Source: Bdellovibrionales bacterium (GTDB taxonomy: Bacteria > Bdellovibrionota > UBA1018). From it: a stretch of DNA of 64,000 nt. A program made the translations under genes and the position numbers. The notes below the pieces were generated by a model. The model saw only the letters and a list, made by a program, of their open reading frames with translations. It searched no databases and was not told the DNA's origin. Below, piece by piece: positions 35,643-45,208 of the stretch. The stretch lies in assembly GCA_018266355.1 (NCBI GenBank), contig JAFEAP010000029.1:795137-859136 (forward strand), given 5' to 3'. Each line of letters starts with the position of its first letter. Positions within the stretch are counted from its first letter, which is position 1.

Positions 35643-36709
35643 ACGAGCGGAGAATCCTGGCGCGGGCGCCCTCGAACATCGCGATCGTGAAATACATGGG
35701 GAAGGCGGACGTCGCGCGGAATTTACCGGCGAACCCTTCGCTTTCGATGACGCTTTCGAATCTTTGCACCTTCGTCGAGATCCGTCCGTCCGCGGAATCG
35801 CGGCTCGTCGCGGAAAAACCCGAAGGCGCCCGGGGGGAATCGCCCTCGCTCTCGGCGGAGGGGGCCGCCAAGTTCCTGCGCCACCTCGCCCGCGTTTTCG
35901 AACGCGCGCCCACGCTCCTCGCGCCTTTCGGGGTCGTCGTTCGGCCGGCCGAAGCGGTCGAGATCCGCACCGCGAACACGTTTCCCGCGGCCGCCGGCAT
36001 CGCTTCTTCGGCTTCGAGCTTCGCCGCGCTCACGCTCGCCGCGGCCGCCTACGCCGCCGAGGACGTCGAGGCTTTCCGCGCGGTGTACGCGAAAGATCCG
36101 GAACTTCGGCGCCGGCTCGCGGCGCTTTCACGCGAGGGGTCCGGATCGAGCTGCCGTTCTTTCGAAGGGCCGTTCGTGGCATGGGACGGCGAAAGGGTGG
36201 AAGCCGTCGAGAGCGCGCTACGCCCGCTCTCGGACCTCGTCGTCGTCGTTTCCGCGGGCGAGAAAAAAGTCGGTTCGAGCGAGGCGCATCGCCGGGTAAG
36301 GACTTCCCCGCACTGGGAAGGACGGACGATCCGCGCCGCGAACCGGTACGCCGATCTTCGTCGCGCGCTCGCGCGCGGGGAATTCGCCGCGCTCCGAGAG
36401 ATCGCCGACGCCGATTTCCGCGACATGCACCGGCTTTTCGAGAGCTCCGAACCGCCGTTCTCGTACTTCGCGCCGGGCACTGAGGCCGTGCTCGCCTTCC
36501 TCGGGAGTTTCGCCGAAGGAAACGCGCCGATCGCGGTGACGATGGACGCCGGACCGAACGTGCACGTGATCGTGCATCAGGCGGACGAGGAACGCTGGCG
36601 ACGGACGCTCGCCGATCGTTTCCCGGAATTCCCGGTCCTCGTCGACCGAGAAGGAACGGGAGCGGAATTCACGGTGACCGGCGTCGCCGGCGGGGAGGCG
36701 AGGTCGTGA
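35639..36709 (+). CDS. mvaD: diphosphomevalonate decarboxylase
   Basis: GTG 35639 overlaps the PMK stop (GTGA). 'APSNIAIVKYMGK', 'NTFPAAAGIASSASSFAAL' and 'TMDAGPNVH' are the MVD pattern. Confidence 0.9.
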   Translation: MNERRILARAPSNIAIVKYMGKADVARNLPANPSLSMTLSNLCTFVEIRPSAESRLVAEKPEGARGESPSLSAEGAAKFLRHLARVFERAPTLLAPFGVVVRPAEAVEIRTANTFPAAAGIASSASSFAALTLAAAAYAAEDVEAFRAVYAKDPELRRRLAALSREGSGSSCRSFEGPFVAWDGERVEAVESALRPLSDLVVVVSAGEKKVGSSEAHRRVRTSPHWEGRTIRAANRYADLRRALARGEFAALREIADADFRDMHRLFESSEPPFSYFAPGTEAVLAFLGSFAEGNAPIAVTMDAGPNVHVIVHQADEERWRRTLADRFPEFPVLVDREGTGAEFTVTGVAGGEARS

Positions 36710-37578
36710 GCTGGTTGACCTACGCGACGACGGTTCCGGGGAAATGGTGTCTCGCCGGAGAGCACGCGGTCTTGCGCGGAGGCGCCGCCGTCCTGATGCC
36801 CCACCCGGAGTTTCGCTTGAAACTCGAGTTCTGTCCGGGCGAGGGGAATTTCCTCGTCGAGCCCGACCTCGCGACTCCGGCGATGCACGACCTGCTTCGC
36901 GTGGCGAAGGGGTGGCTCGCGAACCGGGGTGCGCCGATGGAGATGCCGCGCGGGACCTTGAAGATCACGAGTTCGATCCCGTTCGGCGCGGGGCTCGGAT
37001 CTTCGGCCGCGCTTTCGGTCGCGACCGCGCGATGGGTCCTCTCCGCACATTCCCTCGACCGCGCGCTCGAGCGCGACCTCGCGCGCGAGCTCGAGAACCA
37101 GTTTCACGGGCGGAGTTCCGGAATGGACGTCGCCGTCGTCTCGATCGGCGAGCCGATCCGATTCACGATGGCGGAAGGAGCCGTCGGCCTCGGGATCTCC
37201 CACCTGCCCGCGTTCGTGTTCGTCGATTCGGGCCTTCGCGCGTCGACCCGCGAATGCATCGCGAAGGTCGAAGCCTTGCGAAAACGCGATGCCGATCGCG
37301 CCGATCGCCTCGACGGCGAGATGAGGCGCGCGACGGAAGAGGTCTTGGCGGGCCTCCGCGCCTACGACGAAGCCGTCGGGCGAAAATCGGCGGGCGCGCG
37401 GGCGGCGGCGATGGAAGAAATCGCGAAGGGTATGCGCCGCGCGAACGGCGTCTACGCCGAGTGGGGCCTCGTGCCTGAGGAAGCGCGCCGACTCCTCGAG
37501 CGGCTCGAATCCGAAGGCGTGCGCGCGCCGCGGATCACCGGCGCCGGCGACGGCGGGTTCATCGTCGGGTTGAAATAG
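36706..37578 (+). CDS. mvaK1: mevalonate kinase
   Basis: GTG 36706 overlaps the mvaD stop (GTGA). 'PGKWCLAGEHAVL' (the GEH variant typical of MK), GHMP loop 'IPFGAGLGSSAALSVA', C-terminal 'ITGAGDGGF'. Confidence 0.85.
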   Translation: MSWLTYATTVPGKWCLAGEHAVLRGGAAVLMPHPEFRLKLEFCPGEGNFLVEPDLATPAMHDLLRVAKGWLANRGAPMEMPRGTLKITSSIPFGAGLGSSAALSVATARWVLSAHSLDRALERDLARELENQFHGRSSGMDVAVVSIGEPIRFTMAEGAVGLGISHLPAFVFVDSGLRASTRECIAKVEALRKRDADRADRLDGEMRRATEEVLAGLRAYDEAVGRKSAGARAAAMEEIAKGMRRANGVYAEWGLVPEEARRLLERLESEGVRAPRITGAGDGGFIVGLK

Positions 37579-37580
37579 AA

Positions 37581-37609
37581 AGAGGCCGGCGCGTCTCCGT
37601 CCGGCCTCT
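37581..37609. terminator. hairpin between the mevalonate operon end and the convergent lipoprotein gene
   Basis: AGAGGCCGG-N11-CCGGCCTCT, a 9-bp stem. A T-rich tract (TTCTATTTC) follows only on the minus strand, so it looks more convincing as the terminator of 37665..38186. Confidence 0.5.
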
Positions 37610-37664
37610 CTCCCCGTCCGAGATCACGCGCGACGCGTGGGCCCGGATCATTTTAGTGAGCCGA

Positions 37665-38186
37665 TCAAGGATCGAACGCCACGCCCTGACCCGGATTGGT
37701 CTTGAACGAGGCGACGTCGGTCGGCGTCGGTTCGAAAAGATACGGTCCGGATTCGCCGTCGGTATAGTCGACGTCGAGCGAGTAGCCGTGGTCCGACGCG
37801 TTCGCCGGCACGTACCAGGTCGGGTCGACGACGATACCGTCCTGGTCGAGTTTCAAGACGGTCACCCCGTCGATGATCACGACGTTGATCGCTTTGAACG
37901 AAAAGCTCTTGTCGCCGGTCGGGGTCGCGCAGTTCGAGTCGCTGAAAATCGTGTAGTGACCGGAACCGGTGTGGTTGTCGTTGAACGTGATTTCCCCTCT
38001 CGACCAGCGGTCTGAGCCGACGCTTTCGAGCTTGTTTTTGTAACAGCGCTGGCTCTTGTAGGTTCCCGGTGCGATGTCGTTTTGGGAAAGTTCGTGCGCG
38101 CGGACGGCGTCATCCTCCCGGCAGCCGATAAGCCCGAGGGCGAGGACGAGTGAAGTCAGGACGAGCGCGAGGTGCTTGTTCAACAA
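37665..38186 (-). CDS. lipoprotein (hypothetical)
   Basis: 173 aa. 'LALVLTSLVLALGLIGC' gives a lipobox. No family recognised. Confidence 0.75.
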   Translation of the reverse strand: MLNKHLALVLTSLVLALGLIGCREDDAVRAHELSQNDIAPGTYKSQRCYKNKLESVGSDRWSRGEITFNDNHTGSGHYTIFSDSNCATPTGDKSFSFKAINVVIIDGVTVLKLDQDGIVVDPTWYVPANASDHGYSLDVDYTDGESGPYLFEPTPTDVASFKTNPGQGVAFDP

Positions 38187-38234
38187 GAGGATTCCTTCAG
38201 AAATGGGACGGATGATTCCGACGAAGGACAGAAA

Positions 38235-38250
38235 AGCAACCGACGTGCCG
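38235..38250 (-). promoter_or_regulatory. sigma-54 (-24/-12) promoter reading leftward into lipoprotein gene 37665..38186
   Basis: The minus strand reads CGGCACGTCGGTTGCT, matching TGGCACG-N4-TTGCW at all positions but the first. Lies about 50 nt upstream of ATG 38186. Confidence 0.55.
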
Positions 38251-38454
38251 TAGCGAAGACGTCGCCAAACGGCACATTTCGCGATTTCGATGTGTCAAAA
38301 ACGACCTATTTCCAAGCTTTTTTCAGTGTCAGTCCACGTGGCGACAAAAAAGAGCATTCCCCGGATTCGCCCCTCGAAAGGACGAGCTTTTTTTCGGTCG
38401 GTACGGTGGCTGCATGAAAAGAGGTGTCTCGACACGATTTTCTGGGGGTACGCC

Positions 38455-39018
38455 ATGGGTACGTTACGCTTCACGATGGCCGCAGCCATAAGCGCGGTTT
38501 TTGTCCTTTCCGCTTGTTCTCCGAATGCCGCGTTCGAACGGAGCGCGAGCTTCACGCAGGAAGACCATATCGACGGGGATATTCCCCAAGTCCCGGGAGA
38601 CCCGTCGAATCCGGGAAATCCGAAGAATCCGGAAGATCCGGCTCCCGTAGCGAGCCCGTCGCCGAAGCCGTCTTCGCCGGCCCCGGTTCCATCCGTGATG
38701 CCTTCCGTCCGGCCTTCGCCGGCGGCGGAACCGCCGAAGAAGGAATGCGATAAGGATAAGGACAATAACGAATACGACGACGACTCTCCGGTCCCGGCGT
38801 ACGCTCGTTGCGGCAACAAGCTCGAGAAGGTCCTTGTTTGCCACGTGCCTCCGGGAAATCCGGCGGCAGCCCACACGATCTGTATCTCGGTGAACGGCGC
38901 GGTCCATGGCCACGACGTCCCGCTCGACGGTTCGATCAGCCCGGTCAGCGGCGACTATATCGGCGAGTGTATGGCTCCGGCTGCCCCTGCCTCGAGCAAG
39001 GGGAAGGGCAAGAAGTAG
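38455..39018 (+). CDS. lipoprotein with Pro-rich linker and C-terminal 'CHVPPGNP...HGH' Cys/His module (hypothetical)
   Basis: ATG 38455 (MGTLRFTMAAAISAVFVLSAC, lipobox). Pro-rich spacer. C-terminal 'KVLVCHVPPGNPAAAHTICISVNGAVHGHDVPLDG'. The ORF-track upstream extension is rejected. Confidence 0.75.
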   Translation: MGTLRFTMAAAISAVFVLSACSPNAAFERSASFTQEDHIDGDIPQVPGDPSNPGNPKNPEDPAPVASPSPKPSSPAPVPSVMPSVRPSPAAEPPKKECDKDKDNNEYDDDSPVPAYARCGNKLEKVLVCHVPPGNPAAAHTICISVNGAVHGHDVPLDGSISPVSGDYIGECMAPAAPASSKGKGKK

Positions 39019-39045
39019 AGCCTTCCTTCGCCAAAACCTAGAAAT

Positions 39046-39086
39046 CAGGGCCTCGACCGACTTTCGGCCGGGGCCCTGGTGTTTTA
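39046..39086 (+). terminator. probable terminator after lipoprotein gene 38455..39018
   Basis: CAGGGCC...GGCCCTG outer stem with an imperfect inner stem, followed by GTGTTTT. Confidence 0.35.
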
Positions 39087-39122
39087 ACGCATCGCATTTC
39101 TCGGGTGATCTCGAACCTCGGC

Positions 39123-39151
39123 TTGTCCTTACGGGGGATCCCCCCTATAAC
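39123..39151 (+). promoter_or_regulatory. sigma-70-type promoter of the rpsU-yqeY-dnaG-rpoD operon
   Basis: -35 TTGTCC (39123-39128), 17-nt spacer, -10 TATAAC (39146-39151). The spacer contains the palindrome GGGGGATCCCCC (39133-39144). Confidence 0.45.
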
Positions 39152-39191
39152 CAGTCCTCGTCCAAATTTTAGAGTGAGGGGAGGTGAAATT

Positions 39192-39386
39192 ATGCCAGGT
39201 ATCGTCATTCGCGACGGCGACTCGTTCGAAGCCGCGCTGAAGAAGTTCAAGAAGCAATGCGAGAAAGCCGGCACCCTCGCTGAGGTTCGCAAACGCGAAG
39301 CTTACGAGAAGCCTTCCGTGAAAAAGAAGAAGAAGGCCATCGCCGCTCGCAAGCGCCTCTCGAAAAAAGGAAGACATCGCGGATAA
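39192..39386 (+). CDS. rpsU: 30S ribosomal protein S21
   Basis: 64 aa, '[48 protein letters not shown]'. RBS GAGGGGAGGTG upstream. Confidence 0.95.
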   Translation: MPGIVIRDGDSFEAALKKFKKQCEKAGTLAEVRKREAYEKPSVKKKKKAIAARKRLSKKGRHRG

Positions 39387-39410
39387 CGCGGTCTTCGTTC
39401 GTAGTTCCAG

Positions 39411-39455
39411 GAGGGAAGCGCCCGGCCGATCGCCGACGCTTCCCTTCCTTTTTAT
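39411..39455 (+). terminator. intra-operon terminator/attenuator hairpin between rpsU and yqeY
   Basis: GGGAAGCG-N16-CGCTTCCC followed by TTCCTTTTTAT. Confidence 0.55.
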
Positions 39456-39485
39456 CCATCCCGCGACCGCTAAGGAGTTCCACTC

Positions 39486-39932
39486 ATGTCGATCAAAGCG
39501 AAAGTTTCCGAATTGATGAAGGCCTCGATGAAGTCGGGCGACAAAGACACGCTCCTTTACGTGCGCAACCTCCATTCGGCGATCCGGAAAAAGGAGATCG
39601 ACGACCGCGTCGACCTCGACGACGCCGGTATCCAGAAGATCATCGGCACGATCATGAAGCAGCGGCTCGACTCGATCGAGCAGTTTCGGAACGGCGGCCG
39701 CGAAGACCTGGCCGTGAAGGAAGAGGCGGAAGCGGCCTTCCTTAAGCAATTCCTCCCCGCCCAAATGAGCGAAGCCGAAGTCTCGGCGCTCGTCGACTGG
39801 GCGGTGAAGGAGTCCGGCGCGACCACCGCGAAGGAGATGGGCAAGGTCATGGGTCTCCTCATGCCGAAAGTCCAGGGCAAGGCCGACGGCAAGCTCGTGA
39901 ATACCCTCGTCAAGGCGAAGCTCGGCGGATAG
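39486..39932 (+). CDS. yqeY: GatB/YqeY domain-containing protein
   Basis: 148 aa. 'MKSGDKDTLLYVRNLHSAIRKKEID' and 'GKVMGLLMPKVQGKADGKLVNTLVKAKL' match the YqeY family. Confidence 0.9.
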   Translation: MSIKAKVSELMKASMKSGDKDTLLYVRNLHSAIRKKEIDDRVDLDDAGIQKIIGTIMKQRLDSIEQFRNGGREDLAVKEEAEAAFLKQFLPAQMSEAEVSALVDWAVKESGATTAKEMGKVMGLLMPKVQGKADGKLVNTLVKAKLGG

Positions 39933-39939
39933 TCGCCGC

Positions 39940-41944
39940 GTGAACAAAGCCCGCATTTCCCCCGAATTTATCTCGAAGATCAAAGACGCGGTGAACATCA
40001 TCGACGTCATCGGCGAGCACGTCGTCCTGAAGAAGTCGGGTTCGAACCATATGGGGCTCTGCCCGTTCCATAACGAACGGACCCCGTCCTTCTCGGTCAG
40101 CGAAGGGAAGCAGCTCTATAAATGTCACGGCTGCGGCAAAGGCGGCGACCTCGTGAACTTCGTGATGGAGATGCACGGGCTCTCCTTCGTCGACGCGGTC
40201 GAGGAACTCGCCGAGCGGGGGAAGGTCCCGCTGCCGAAGGATTTCGTGCGCGCGGAAGACGGCGATCCCGAAGCGGCGAAGCGCCGCGAGGCCGCGCGAG
40301 AGAAGACCGCGAAAGCGTATCGTTTGAACCTCTTCGCGCTTAAATTTTTCCAAAAGCAGCTTCGGGAGGCGAAGACCGGACCGGGCGGTTCGGCCCATAT
40401 CGCGGAGTACTTCAAGAAACGCGGGGTCGGAAAGACGCTCGCGGATTCCTTTTTCGTCGGCGCCGCGCCTCCGTCATGGGACGCGCTCGCGAATCATTTC
40501 GTGACCGCGAAGGCGCCGCTGCCGCTCGCCTCGGAGCTCGGCCTCGTGAAACCGTCCCAAAAGGGGACGAAGGCCGGACCCGGTTACTTCGATCTATTCC
40601 GGAATCGCGCGATGTTCCCGATCCTCGACCTCCGCGGAAAAGTCGCGGGCTTCGGAGGACGCGGACTGCCGACGCCTCCGGGCGCGCCCGACGTCGGCGG
40701 GGAAACGCCGAAGTACTTGAACTCGTCGGAGTCGATGCTTTTCCAGAAGTCGAAGCTCGCTTACGGGATGTTCCAGGCCCAGAAGTACGTGCGCGAAAAG
40801 GACGAGGTCATCCTCGTCGAGGGTTACTTCGACGTACTCGCGCTCCACGCCGCCGGCTTTCAGAACGTCGTCGCCACCTGCGGGACCTCGCTCACCGAGG
40901 ACCATCTCGCGCTCTTCCAAAAATTCTGCTCGAAAGTGACCGTCCTTTTCGACGGTGACCGCGCGGGGATCGCGGCGACCGACCGGGCGATGGAACTCGG
41001 GCTCAAACTCGGCGTGATCCTTCACGGCGCGAGCTTGCCAGACGGCCTCGATCCGGACGAAATCCTCTTCGACCAGGATACCGGCAAGGTTATCCCCCAA
41101 GGGGTCGAGCGCATGACGATGATCCTCGCTGCCTCGGCGCCGCTCCTCGACACGCGGATCGAATCGGCGCGCGTCTTCGCACTGAAGGGCGCTGAGGAGC
41201 GGACGAAGGCCGTGAAGCAGGTCGCGGAATGGCTCGCGATGTACCGGGATCCGGTCGGTCGCGAACTTCGGGCCGAAAAGGTCGCGCAGGATTTCGGGAT
41301 TTCGAAGGCGCTTTTACAAACCGCGATGGGGGGCGTGCCCGCCGCGACCGGCCGGGCGCCGAACCGGGGACCGAAGCCGATCGGAGGCTCGGCGGCGCCG
41401 ATAAATGCTCCGGAGGGCCGAAATTCGGCCCCAAAACGGAAGGCGCCGAGTCAAAAACCGTCACTCAAAGAGGCCATCTTGATCCGGGGGATCCTCCGGG
41501 GCGGGAATTTTCGCGCGATGATCGAGGAGGCTAGGGCCTATCTCCCGGAGGGCCAACCGCTGTCCGGGCTCGCGGATCACCCGAGCGTTCGCAGCGTTTT
41601 AGAAGCGATCCTCGAACGGGGAATGACCCCGGAATCCTTTTTAGATTCGGTCGCTTCGAGTGAGGAGGCCTCTCCGGGCGAGCTCCTCGCGTTCGCGGGT
41701 GAAATCCGTTCGCTCCTGATTGAGTCGGTGATGGGGGCCGACGCGCCGGGTGCGCCGCCGCTCACCGAGGGAGAATTTCGGATCGCGGTTCAGCGCGGAA
41801 TTCATCAGTCTTGGGCACGCTTCTCGCAGGAGTTGAAGGGGCGTCTACGCGACGCAGAACTCAAGAAAGACGAGGACTTACGGTCGCGTCTCGCCCAGGA
41901 ATTCCTTGACGTAAAACGGCGAATGAAGGAGTTTGAGTCATTCT

Positions 41945-41958
<14 letters not shown>
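39940..41958 (+). CDS. dnaG: DNA primase
   Basis: 672 aa. Zinc finger '[30 protein letters not shown]', TOPRIM '[10 protein letters not shown]...LFDGDRAG'. Confidence 0.95.
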
Positions 41959-43936
<1,978 letters not shown>

Positions 43937-43951
43937 TCATCGGCTTCGGCC

Positions 43952-45142
43952 ATGAAAAAGTTCACTGAACGCATGCAGGGAGTTCTTCCGCCGGAAGAAC
44001 TCCCTGCTTTCTTTCGCGCGCTCGACGAGCTCGGGACTCGGCCTCGGAAGTCGATCCGGCTTCGGAGGGACCTCGCGCCCGAGCGGGCGGAATATTGGAC
44101 ACCCGCTCGATTCGCGGAGCTCGGTATTCCGCTCGGAGAGCGGGTGCCCTGGTACGAGCACGGGTATTTCTTCGATCTCGCGCGCATGACGCCCCACCCG
44201 TCGCGCCACCCGGTGATCGCCGCCGGTCTTGGGTTCATCCAGGAGGCGGGGGCGATGGAGGTCGTGCCCGAGCTCGAAGTGAGGGCGGATCACCTGGTGC
44301 TCGACCTCTGTGCGGCGCCGGGAGCGAAGTCGACCCATCTCGGAGAATACCTCGGGCCCGGGGGTTGGCTCGTCGCGAACGAACCCGACCGGGAGCGTGC
44401 CCGACTTCTCGACGCGATTCTCGCGCGTCACGGGATCGGGAACTCGACCGTCTATAACCTCGACCCCCGTCGGCTCGCGGATCGATTTCCGGGAGTCTTC
44501 GATCGGATCCTCGTCGATGCGCCTTGCAGCGGCGAGAGTTTGTTCGCGAAGCGGGTCGAGAAGAGAAAAGACGTGAGTCACAAAGACGTCGAGCGCTGTG
44601 CACTTCGCCAGCGGGCGATCCTCTCGAATGCCTGGGAGATGCTCGCGCCGGGGGGGCGACTCGTGTACTCGACTTGTGCCTATTCCCGGACGGAAAACGA
44701 GGAAGTCGTCGGCGGGTTCCGCGAGGAAAACTCCGAAGGGGCGCTCGTCCGAGAAGGTCGCCGGTTTCCTCACCGGGACGGCGTGCCGGGCGGTTATTTC
44801 GCGGTCCTCGAACGCGCAGGAGAAGGCGAGCCGACTCGGGCCGAACGCGGAATGCGGCTGCGGACCTCGGTTTCGAGCGGCGGGACCTCGGGACTGATTC
44901 GGGACGGGCGCGTTCGGTGGAACGGGGAGATCGATCGATACGTCGTCGCGATGGATCGGCGCTCTGGCGGTGCGTCGCCGAGTGAAGGAGGCGTCGTCGA
45001 ACTCGACTTCGCCTCGGTCGAACGGTTTCTTGCGGGTGAAAAGCTGCACGCCGAGGGTTCCGTCCTCTATCTATGGGAGGGTGAGCCGTTCGCTTCGGCG
45101 AGCGGCGGGACGATCCACTACCCTAGGGGACGCCTACGGTAG
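43952..45142 (+). CDS. RsmB/RsmF-type rRNA cytosine-C5 methyltransferase (NOL1/NOP2/Sun family)
   Basis: 396 aa. SAM motif 'VLDLCAAPGAKSTHL' and catalytic 'ILVDAPCSGE' ... 'YSTCA'. Confidence 0.85.
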   Translation: MKKFTERMQGVLPPEELPAFFRALDELGTRPRKSIRLRRDLAPERAEYWTPARFAELGIPLGERVPWYEHGYFFDLARMTPHPSRHPVIAAGLGFIQEAGAMEVVPELEVRADHLVLDLCAAPGAKSTHLGEYLGPGGWLVANEPDRERARLLDAILARHGIGNSTVYNLDPRRLADRFPGVFDRILVDAPCSGESLFAKRVEKRKDVSHKDVERCALRQRAILSNAWEMLAPGGRLVYSTCAYSRTENEEVVGGFREENSEGALVREGRRFPHRDGVPGGYFAVLERAGEGEPTRAERGMRLRTSVSSGGTSGLIRDGRVRWNGEIDRYVVAMDRRSGGASPSEGGVVELDFASVERFLAGEKLHAEGSVLYLWEGEPFASASGGTIHYPRGRLR

Positions 45143-45149
45143 TCGATCG

Positions 45150-45183
45150 TTGACGAATGATTGACGGTTTTCGCTTGTAATAT
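45150..45183 (+). promoter_or_regulatory. direct repeats TTGACG-N5-TTGACG (11-bp register) followed by TAATAT, upstream of the porin-like gene
   Basis: TTGACG at 45150-45155 and 45161-45166. TAATAT at 45178-45183, 11 nt after the second repeat. Start codon at 45209. Confidence 0.4.
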
Positions 45184-45208
45184 CGACCGCGTCCGACAGA
45201 ATCGTGAC

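Noticed and set aside
45150-45166. The two TTGACG hexamers considered as ordinary -35 boxes
   Set aside because: Their spacings to the only -10-like hexamer (TAATAT at 45178) are 11 and 22 nt, neither compatible with a standard sigma-70 promoter. They are reported instead as a possible activator direct repeat.
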